DNA of 64,000 nt. Origin: Welwitschia mirabilis (lineage: Eukaryota). Shown in pieces: positions 53,451-64,000 of this stretch (position 1 is its first letter; the number at the start of each line of letters is the position of its first letter). The notes under the pieces are model-generated. The model was not told the DNA's origin, did not search any database, and was given only the letters and a program-made list of their open reading frames with translations. The translations under genes were made by a program, and so were the position numbers. The stretch covers positions 14,509,654-14,573,653 of the forward strand of contig JBOZIK010000001.1 of the NCBI GenBank assembly GCA_051453625.1. The letters are read 5' to 3'.

Positions 53451-53734
53451 GGGAGGAGTTGTCCTGCTGTTGTTTCTTACGGTAAATTACAATTCAAGCT
53501 ATTAATACTAGAGGAGTTGATGCTATTTTTTAAACAACTTGTTAGGGTTTCTAGTCCTTTTAAGCAATAGCTAAGTCCCTACCAATATAATCTGTTAGCA
53601 TATGATTATCCTGTATAACATCATTGTATTACTTTTTATCCTAATTAATCTTATGGTTTTATGATTTCTTATTTCACAGTATCACTAAATTCTTAGAGAA
53701 ATTTCTTGTCACTATGTATTGCTAAATTTCTTAC

Positions 53735-54460
53735 TTCAGAGTTTACTGGTTGAAAATGCAGCGTTCACAATTGCTTCTTTAGGCATGCTTGGCAACATTG
53801 CTCTCCATAGTCCCCTGAAGTAGTGGCATTTCCCTGAGATGATTGAGAATGCAATTTTTTCACGTTTTCTGATGGACTGCAGGACGGGATTCTCGAGACG
53901 CAGCAAATCTGGAAATGTTAATTTCTGCCTGCGGATGCATATTATCCCCCATGTTAACCTTTGAATGCAAATTACCCGTAGTAGTTAAACCAGAATGTCC
54001 ACTTTCATTATCCTTAATTTCAGAATCATATTGATCGATTTGGAAGTCACTGCGTTCTATTTTACGCTGAAGCGAGCTATCAAATCTACAGTGATCTAAT
54101 GCCATGCGTTAAAGTTCATCTGTTGACATAGTATTCAAACGCTTGTTTTAGACCTTGTTTTCTGTTTGAGAATATGAAGATCCATTTTCATGCTGTGTTT
54201 CAGAGAATGAAAATTCCTCTTTTTTTTTTGGTATCCTTTTCTTTTTGCATTCAACATTGTATTATAAGCTGTCCTGAATGATCTTTCAAAAGCTTTAGAA
54301 AGCCGATAACTTTCAGCGCGTGAGACTTGAAGACGAAACCAGAAATGAAGGGATTTCACATTCTGCATCAAAAGTCAAAAAAATAGATAAACCGAAAAAT
54401 CAACTCTCTTAGAAGAAATATCTGTACCTCCAATGATTCTTCAATCGCAGCTCCCAGAAG
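53735..54460 (-). pseudogene. Unidentified spliced host-gene fragment (exons 54428-54460 and 53735-54362)
   Basis: cag|LLGAAIEESLE|gt..65 nt..cag|NVKSLHFWFRLQVSRAESYRLSKAFERSF. Frameshift in an A-run, in-frame TAA stops, and donor GAA|gtaag at 53735. Confidence 0.6.
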
Positions 54461-55326
54461 CTGAAGCATAAAATACAACTCAGATTAAATCACATCATCA
54501 AATCATGAAATGAAAGAGTAAAACCTGATGATCGGTAATCTGTAAAAATGAGAAAGCCAACATGCTATTTGAATTGCTCTGGTAAGAGATCAAAAATTGG
54601 AAAATTGCAGGCATGTTTTGCTTAATAAAAATTGATCAATAACTTTGTCATGAAAAAGTCCAGCGAAATAAAAAACTGGAAAGTATTGTGGGTATGGCAT
54701 TCAGACTATGGCGTCATGCTGTAAATGTTAAGTACCATGGAGGTTGTTAACTATTAAACCTTGTCACATTAATAACTCAAATAACATCACATGTTCAGTT
54801 AAAAACTTATGTGAGAAGCAACTAAATATTACCGAGTTTTAACTATTTTTATTTTAAAAACTAAAATGAAATTAAATTTATAATGAGATATTTCATTAAT
54901 TAAGGTCACATTGTTTGAAAGGCAGCTGGGAAATTCATATTGAAATTCGTTTTTTTTGGTAATAAACAACCTCATCAGCATTTTAAGGCCACAAGCATGG
55001 AGTGTTGGGAGTTTTGTAGAGCTTGAATGATCTTGTAATGAGATCATCTCATTCACATTTTTCTATTGTTTGTCTTACCTTCTATTTAATGAAGTATTTG
55101 GTATTCAAATTACTACTCTCATTAGAGTGTTATACTATTGTGAGATTGATCTTTTTTTTATCATAAAATAACTAAATGCCATAGACAGAATAATCTTTAT
55201 AAAGTTATGTAGTGGGGGCGGGTGGCCTACAGAAAAGGGGTACCCCTGATGCGTATGCAGGGGGGGTAAGGGTTCGTATGCGATGCGGTGAACGAATGGG
55301 CGAAGCGGCCTTTCCCTCAATCACAA

Positions 55327-55522
55327 TTTTTTAAAGGAACTTCATTCACTAAGTGAAAACCCATGGGTAATCCTTATCAACCCGAGAGCTGACCAACAAC
55401 TATAACAAATGTCTAAGGCTCTCTTGTGGTTTATACCCATGACGTTGAGGCCTATACTTCAGTGTGCCTTGACTACATGAACATGAACCACAAGCCAACC
55501 TGTACAATTCAAACCCAAGATC
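55327..55522 (-). mobile_element. 5'-truncated copy of SINE family A
   Basis: Shares aagtgaaaacccatgg, atacccaNgac, aagccaacctg and aacccaaga with 6307-6455. Confidence 0.65.
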
Positions 55523-55859
55523 AAATCATGAAATTAACAGTTAAAAGTTAATAACTAAGAAAATTAAGTCATTTGATTTAAGAAATTTAGAGAAAAATTA
55601 TTATAAGAAGAATTATTAATTAATAAATCAAAGAAACAATTAACTTCATTATTGTTGTTACCAACAGAATCTAGTAGTACAAAAATCTTAGTTAAAGTGA
55701 TAATTATAATTATTTTCCATTCATGTTGAAAAGTCATGATCTTTAATATAAAATTATAAATTGTATATTTAAGCATACACATATTATTAATGATAATAAA
55801 AGATATACAACGGAGTTTTTCATGGGTTTTCAATGGAGTTTTTTAACACAATTGGGAAA

Positions 55860-57080
55860 TAGTGAAATAGGAATTAATGCACTTAGCCATCTATTAATGA
55901 CAAGTAGATTTTCAACTAGACACAAGGAAGGCCTATGGTAGAATTAATTCAAAAATTATGACTTTGGTATTGGAAAGGATAGAATTTCCTAAGCATCAGC
56001 TTTAGTCTTGTTTTAAACATAGCAGATATTCTATATTACTAAATACTTTTAAAATAAAAGCATTTTAACCTTAGGCAAGGGGACCCACTATTACCATATT
56101 TGTTCATCTTAACAATGGAGGGACTAGGAGGATGTACTAGAAATGCAAAAGAGAAAGGTCTAGTACGACGTTGGGTCCCAACATATGATGGTGGGAAGAT
56201 TACAAATATTTAATCTATAAATGATACAGCTCTATCCTTCAACATTTTAGAGTTGTGATGGCTTTAGATAAGGGGACCCACCATCACCAGTATCGTTTGT
56301 CTTAGCAAATGGTGGGACTAGAAGGATCTGTTAGAAAAAGCAAAAGAGGAAGGTTATGTTGGCTCCTACCTCATATTAGTGAGGAACTTATAGATGTTCA
56401 ATTTGTAGATGGTACAATTTTATTCTCTGAAGATGATAGAGAGAACATTAACACTATTAGAAGGGGTTTATTGGATATTTTAGAAGTGACAAAATTACTA
56501 ATTAATTGTAAGAGATAAGGATTTCATTTAGAGAAAAGAAAATTGCACAAATTTACAAATATTCTTGGTTATCATATAAACCAAAAACTATTTGAGACTC
56601 CTTATTTTTTATGGGAGGTTTACCAAAAGTTTATGAAACTAGGTTTTAGAGATGGTCAATGAGAAAGTATAGGATTGACACAGAAATATGTTATCAAAGA
56701 CAAGGAGGGTTTAGCTTGTGAGAAGTCAAGTATAGCCTTTTATACCTTATACAATGTTAATGTGTCATACAAGTCTCTTATTCATCGTTTGGAGAAGATG
56801 GAAAGAGACTTTGCATGGGGAAATATGGTAGAAAAAGGATCACACACATTAAGGGGGAGCTAATTTGTGAAAGTTAAGAGGCTAAAAGTAGAGGATTAAA
56901 ACATCTATTAGGATTCAAATATGCATTAATAGGGTAATTAATATAACCACTATTAAATACGTCTAGACCATACGATAAGGTTATGAAGTTAAAATATCTA
57001 TGTAGTAATGTTCAAAGTGCCCAAATTCATTTAATCTTCATCTATACGGAGAGCTATATAGAAAGTTAGATGGGGATTGA
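55860..57080 (+). mobile_element. L1 LINE RT fragment with internal duplication
   Basis: QLDTRKAYGRIN, RQGDPLLPYLFILTMEG (repeated ~56265), QFVDGTILF and LEKMERDFAWG. Confidence 0.8.
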
Positions 57081-59448
57081 GGAAATTTATGAGCGAAAGA
57101 GATGATAGATGGATATGAACAGAGAAGCAGAAAAATAAGCTTATGATATTATTTATCCAAGTTAGAAGGACATAATTAATGTATTATTTTAAAAAAAAGA
57201 ATTTTAACTCCATGATTAGGGTTGCCTATGCCTAAAACAATGTTTTAAATAGGGCGACATGTCGTCCTATAAACTTTCGCTTAACCTATAAACTTTTATT
57301 TAGAAAGTGTTTGTTTCAAAAAACATTTTGAAAATGTTGATAAAATATTATCAATTGTATATGTTGGTAATATGCTATGACACAAACCCCAAAAGTTGGC
57401 TACCAATGGGGAAAGAGGATGAAATAAAAAACAAAGGACAAGGCAAACACATGCCATCTCCAACAGTGTGTCTTATGTGACTCTGCTTGTGTCCTTTGAT
57501 CTTCAACCTTTCTTTGATCTTCTTTTTCATTTATTATAGATTTTTATCTTCTCCTTTAAACATGGTTTGATGACAAAACAGTTTCACAATTGTGTGATGT
57601 TGAAACAAGGGCAATAAAAGTAACTCACAAGTTTTGCAACATAAGCCTTTTTGGTAACTTAATTAAAATATCATAATGCAAGCATTTGAGGCACAACATG
57701 TGCAAGTATGCCTCGACTTGTATTTTGTAATGACACTTGATGTGATATTATACAACTTATATGTTATTCTTGTTACATGCTTTTTTTCCCACAATACCAT
57801 GCAATCAGCAATTGGTGTTATTATGGTTTGAATATTTTATATCATATGTTTCTTTTCCACAAATTCTAAAATTTTATAAACATTTTTTCAATAGTATTCA
57901 ACAAATTGTATGCAATGGGTAATATTTCCACATAATAACTTAGTTTTTAATTGTCTATGAACTCACTTATTTTTAATTGTTTATACATATTGCAAATATT
58001 ATATTTCCTCAATTTTTGAATAAAGCAATTATCAATATTCTACACTGACACCATGACATGTCTCTCCAGCATGACTTTTCATGCTATAAACATAAACCAA
58101 TTGCCTACACTTATATCATGGTCTAAAATTTGTAAAGGACAAATAAATATAGACTTTTTTAAGTTGAATATTAAAGAGACCCTTTATACCCATTATGCAA
58201 TAAAAAGGAAGAGATGCCAACGCATTTATTTATGCATTATGATATCATGTTACCATTTTAGTATAAGATTAGAGTAATTATGTGAAATTACTCTCTTTTA
58301 CCATTGAATCAAATCATGACAGCTAACACATGGACATGCATAGGCTCTAGAAAGATAGGGTACACATGGTAAGCTCTCTGTGTTTGCTATTGAATGCGAT
58401 TCAGACTACTAAAAATTCAAAAATTGGTAATGGCAAAGAGTAGCATAAAAGCTAGAGCTAGATGAGGGCAATTTAAGACTAAGTAGATATTTGCAAGTGG
58501 ACAGGGAAACAAAGATATAATTTAATGTTAGCATTCAAATATTGAACTTTATGTTTAACATTCAGTAAATCAGAAATAATACTTTATTTGAAAATTGTAA
58601 ACTTTTATTGTAGTGAATCTCTCAACATTATGTCCCAACCATAATAAAAACAAGTTTATCTTAGTTTTCAAAATAACAATAAATAACATGGAGAGTACCT
58701 TTGGTCACCTTTCTGGTTATCTCCTCCTTTTACTTTACAATTTTTTTACCCCAAAATCCTAACAGGTTGTAGAGGCTTTAACCTTTTCAATCCCTTAGAT
58801 TTAAAAGTTTTGGAACTTAGTATTTATAGGGTTAAGTCCGCTCCTCAGACCTTACACGCTATTTCATTACTCTACCATTAACTAAATGGCTGGATAAGTG
58901 TTCTAAGGTAGGCTGGTCTCTCCAGATAGGCTGGCTTTTCTAAATAGAAACCACAAAGAAGAACAGAATCTGCAAATTTTGAAGAAGATGACAGAATTAC
59001 AAGGTCAGCTACTCAACTTAAAATGATATCCTATCTTAAACCATAAGAATAAGCAATTAATTACTCTGAAGATGATACATGCTTCAGAAATACTTGAGAA
59101 AACCAGCCATCTCAAGAAGGCTTACAAATAAGTTACAGAATGATGAGCATTACTGTAGCCTATTGTAAGATTTTGAAAATCATTCCTTCTCCAAGATTTC
59201 AGGCTTGTAGTATGTGCTCATTGAAGAACAACAGGCAAAAGTTTCTACAACGAAAAGTGAAGGGAAAAAAATGAATTCTTTAGTTGATTAAGCAACCATT
59301 TATAGCATTAGGAGAAAGTAATATCTGCTTAATTAAGATTAATATAAAAAATACTCGTAGTGCTGTAATGCAGTCATGAGTATTTGAAATTAGCAGTGTC
59401 AATTAGCTTACGTTACTAAGTCCTCACACTTATGTACTTCTATGGATG

Positions 59449-62400
59449 TGATACATACTGGGAAAGCAAATAAAGTAGTTCTTCCTTTCGAGTGGGAAGA
59501 GATCACTCCTTAGTCTAATTGACTCAAAAATTCTCGATGCCTTTATTCTAAAAGAAGTCTAATTAAATACATAATGAAATCCTATAATAGTGGATCACTA
59601 ACTAATTCCACTATCTCCACTCCAATATNNNNNNNNNNNNNNNNNNNNNNNNNNNNNNNNNNNNNNNNNNNNNNNNNNNNNNNNNNNNNNNNNNNNNNNN
59701 NNNNNNNNNNNNNNNNNNNNNNNNNNNNAATTAAATACATAATGAAATCCTATAATAGTGGATCACTAACTAATTCCACTATCTCCACTCCAATCATACT
59801 GGACTACTACTAATAATAACTGATTCCACTATCTCCACTCCAACCATACTAGACTGTCACTAATAATAACTGAATGTAAATAATTTGACTAATTCAATAA
59901 GACTCTTTCAAATAATAATAAAATAAATTTAGAGACAATAATTTGAAAACCAATTAGGCATATGGGCCATGTTTGTGGATCTTCTTAATGGACCTGAATC
60001 ACTTTGGCCCGTATCATCTTCCTCCCTCTCATAAAAAGCCTTGTCCTCAAGGTCCAATTTACAAGCCTAGCCTGTGGAAGATATTGGAAGAGATGATGGA
60101 TCACAGCTGGAATGCACTTACGCTGATCTGTATAAATAATAAACCTGTGTCTGAAAAGGTAATGTTGCCATTTTTTTACTGCTTCTGTAACTCCAAATAA
60201 TTCTCTGGTATATGTTGATGCAGATTTCATGCTTGAAAGGAGTTTCTTGTTGAAAAAGGCTATGAGATGATCATTGGGTCAAAGAACTACTCCAACTGCA
60301 AGTCCAAAAGCATTAGTGATGGGTTCAAAGGGCAAAGAAAAGTTTGGTAGGACTAGGATAGGTAGGGTACTCATGAATGTTCTTAGGATAGTGAAAGCCT
60401 CAGAGGTAGATGTGTTTCAAGTAAACTAATTTGGTTTAAGCAAATCCGTGAGAGGAGAGGCTAAATAGGCATACCCATATACGATTCTCTGATAATACCC
60501 AGTAAGGCCAAGAAAGCCTCATAAGGCTGTAACCGTGATGGGTGCAGGTCACTCAACGATGGCTTGTATTTTATCGAGATCCACACAAACACTAGTAAAT
60601 GAGATAACATGACTAAGATAATGAACCAATGGAATACCAAAAATGCATTTAGAAAGTTTAGCATAAAACTTGTGTTCAGCAAGGAGAGAGAAAACTTGAG
60701 AGAGATGGTCTAGATGCTCTTGCCATAACTTATTAAAAACTAGTATATCATCAAAAANNNNNNNNNNNNNNNNNNNNNNNNNNNNNNNNNNNNNNNNNNN
60801 NNNNNNNNNNNNNNNNNNNNNNNNNNNNNNNNNNNNNNNNNNNNNNNNNNNNNNNNNTTAAAAACTAGTATATCATCAAAAAATACCAACACAAACTATC
60901 TTAAAAAGTCTCAGAATAAATCATTCATAGTTTCTTAGAAGGTTGAGGGAGCATTTATCAAACTGAATAGCATAACCAAAAATTCGTAGTGTTTGTCACA
61001 TGTTTAGAATGCTATCTTATGAGTATCCTTAAGACAAATGTGGATCTAGTGATAACCCGATCTGAGGTCAATCTTAGAGAAAAATTTAGCCCCATGTAGC
61101 TCATCCAGTAGCTCATCAACAATGTGAATAGAAAACTGATCTCAAATGATAATAGTATTTAAAGCCCTGTAATCGACACAGAAATGCTAAGTGCCATCCT
61201 TTTGTTTAACTAAAAGTACTGGGGATGAATAGGAATTGTTGGTTAGCTTAATGATACCATCTTTAAGCATCTTGGAAATAAGTTCAGTCATTACTTTTTT
61301 TTGGTATTGTGGGTAGCGATAAGGTTTAACATTAACGAGGCTAGTGTCAGGGAGCAGGTAAATCTAGTAGTCATAAGGACGAGCTGGTGGTAGGTCAGTA
61401 GGTTAATCACAAATAGCAAAGAAAGTAGCAAGTAAGGCCTTTAGNNNNNNNNNNNNNNNNNNNNNNNNNNNNNNNNNNNNNNNNNNNNNNNNNNNNNNNN
61501 NNNNNNNNNNNNNNNNNNNNNNNNNNNNNNNNNNNNNNNNNNNNNNNNNNNNNNNNNNNNNNNNNNNNNNNNNNNNNNNNNNNNNNNNNNNNNNNNNNNN
61601 NNNNNNNNNNNNNNNNNNNNNNNNNNNNNNNNNNNNNNNNNNNNNNNNNNNNNNNNNNNNNNNNNNNNNNNNNNNNNNNNNNNNNNNNNNNNNNNNNNNN
61701 NNNNNNNNNNNNNNNNNNNNNNNCAGGAATAATAGGTTAAAGGCATGGTCTTGAAAGGAAAGTAAAATAGGGGAACATTGGCCTTCGCATGTGATAGAGT
61801 CCCCGTTTCCTACTATTACTGGAAATTCATTAATAGCTAGGATAGGGAGTCCTAGAAATTAGATAATGTGGGGTTGAATGATGTTATGATTACTACCTGA
61901 ATTAATAAGAACTATAAAAGGCTAGCCCTTAATGGTTCCAATAACCCTTAGTATACAAGGGTAGGAAAATCCAAGGTATGCAGCTAAGGATAAATGGCAA
62001 GGGTTAGAGTCTCCATGTGGGTAAGAGGTAGGAATTATGGTCTGGTCTATGGGTGGCATAGGCTGGTCACCAGCTACGGGACCAGACGTGGGTATGGATG
62101 CGTCATTGAGGTCAGTGATAAGGAAATTAGAGTCAAGGCCATCATTGTTAATAAGGGTAAGGAACTGAGGTGTCTTACATTTATGGGAAGTGTTGTACTT
62201 CTTACTAAAATTGAAACAAAGGCTTTTAACATATTTATCTTGCATTTTATATTGAGTTTGGTGACAGACAAGTGAGTTAGAGGTAGGTTTATTAATTTGG
62301 GAAAAAGGAGTTTGGGATGGTCGTGATGGCAGTACTGGGAGAGCTAGTGGTGATGAAGAAAAAGAGGGTTGTGTACTTGGGAAATACCTGTTGGTAGGCT

Positions 62401-63408
62401 TAGAATCTACAATTTTAACCTCGATGAGTCGAGCCATGCCAATGGCTTATGAAATGATGACAGGGTGTAAAATAGCTAGCTCACATCGAATGTCCATGCA
62501 CAGACCTGAGATGAAGCAATCTAAAATGGCGTCTGCTAAAAGGCCAAAAACACGGTTATTGTGCTGCTCAAATGTGTACTGATACTCGAAGACAGTGCTG
62601 GTCTAATGTAACTTAAATAAGGCATCTCAATGATTCTCATACTTAGTAGGTCTCACATGGAGTTCCAAGTCACACTGAAAGGTAGTCCAGGTTGTGAACT
62701 GGTTATTAGCCAACATCCACTTGTACCAACTCAAAGCAGTCCCATGCATATAGAAAACAACCATAGCAATATGCTAATCCATAAGGGTATTATAAAAATT
62801 AAAGAAGTTCTCGGTGTGAAAGAACCAGTCCAATGGATTAGATCCCGTGAATGGGTTGAGGGTGGTTTTTGATTGTTTTTGTATGAATTAGAAGGATGGC
62901 ATGAATATTTACTGCGGTGTGGTGGAAGAGGACACAACGTTAGGGTTGACAGCTGGGATGGAGGCGGAGGTGGGGGTAATGACCAAATGGAGAGAGGGTG
63001 GTAAAGATTTGAGGGAATGAATTTCAAAAAGGATTTTAGTGATATCGTTTTGATGACGCTATTGGGTATGGACTTATTCACCCTCATAATGAGTTTGAAA
63101 AGATCAGAATAATTCCATGAGGAGAGCAACTTAATCCTCAAGAAAGGAAGCTATGGAGGATTGTCTATTTTTCGAAGGCATAGGTTCAGGACTAAAAGAA
63201 CCAATGATATGTATTGGGAAAGAAAATAAAGTAGTTCTTCCTTTTAAGTAGGAAGAAATCATCCCTTAGTCTAATTAACTTAAAAATTCTCAATGCCTGT
63301 GTTCTGAAAGAAGTCTGATTAAATACATAATTAAATCCTATAATAGTGGATCACTAACTAATTCCACTATTTCCACTCCAATCATACTGGACTGCTACTA
63401 ACAATAAC
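59449..63408 (-). mobile_element. Chromovirus-type Ty3/gypsy (Reina/Tekay-like) lacking integrase; 3' LTR 59449-60016, 5' LTR from 63205 into a gap
   Basis: LTR with perfect TGATAC...GTATCA ends. PPT gagagggaggaaga follows the LEDK motif. gag GTALSWYKW / CFISGL, RT VNVKPYRYPQYQK and KIDLRSGYH, RNase H TYTRELFGVTEAVKKWQHYL. PBS-like sequence at 63189-63203. Confidence 0.9.
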
Positions 63409-63508
63409 NNNNNNNNNNNNNNNNNNNNNNNNNNNNNNNNNNNNNNNNNNNNNNNNNNNNNNNNNNNNNNNNNNNNNNNNNNNNNNNNNNNNNNNNNNNN
63501 NNNNNNNN

Positions 63509-64000
63509 ATAACAGTTCTGACCTAATGTTTTGTAGAAGAGAAAGTCTAGTATCTGATGTGGAAAAATAATCTTGGAGCTTGGATAGCCACTACAATGTT
63601 AGAGAAGAGACTGCATGAAAACTAGGTTATTCAATTCTAGAACGCGCATGTTCGGAATGTTGTCTTATGAGTATCCTTAGGACAAAAGTGGATCTGGTGA
63701 TAACCTGATCTGAGGTCAATCTTAAAGAAAATTTTAGGCCCCTGTAGTTCATCCAGTAGCTCATCAATAGTGGGAATAGGAAACTGATCCCGAATAGTAA
63801 TAGCATTTAAAGCCTTATAATCAATGCAAAAATCCCAAGTGCCATCCTTTTTTTTTGACTAAAAGTACTAGGTTTGAATAGGAACTATTAGTTGGCTTAA
63901 TGATACCATCTTTAAGCATCTCAGAAATAAGTTCAGTCATCACTTTTTTCTAGTATTGTGGATAGCAGTAAGGTTTAACATTAATGGGGCTAATGTTTGA
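63509..64000 (-). mobile_element. Second, paralogous chromovirus RT fragment
   Basis: 63650-64000 aligns with 61003-61345 with many substitutions. Confidence 0.85.

Noticed and set aside
55240..55310. Hammerhead ribozyme or group II intron domain V
   Set aside because: CTGATGC lacks the CUGAnGA...GAAA core, and CGTATGCGATG lacks the rest of the domain V helix.
57200..59440. Possible DNA transposon remnant
   Set aside because: No transposase motif, TIR pair or TSD could be established by eye.

Overview
AT-rich, gap-containing land-plant nuclear scaffold (seed plant; the very large TE-filled introns would fit a large-genome lineage such as a gymnosperm, but that is inference). One intact host gene is visible: a minus-strand TORTIFOLIA1/SPIRAL2-family microtubule-associated protein gene. 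It has five exons in the window (39230->4603, 869 codons, all GT-AG and in phase), and its last exon probably lies left of base 1. Its intron 4 is 30.6 kb and holds nested retroelements: a full-length SIRE-type Ty1/copia with env-like ORF and TSD inserted in an Athila-like Ty3 relic, several degenerate copia elements, two solo LTRs, tRNA-derived SINEs and a TPRT-type insertion. Intron 1 carries a diverged ~205-bp tandem array with a conserved hairpin. Upstream of the gene are L1 fragments, a full-length CRM-like Ty3 element with TSD, a pair of pseudogenised host-gene fragments (HCF152-like PPR plus an unidentified spliced gene), a short CpG-rich island and an internally deleted chromovirus. 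I found no convincing wholly new biological system. The best leads are the giant nested intron, the intron-1 hairpin array, the captured-gene pair, the CpG island and the non-canonical TA LTR termini.
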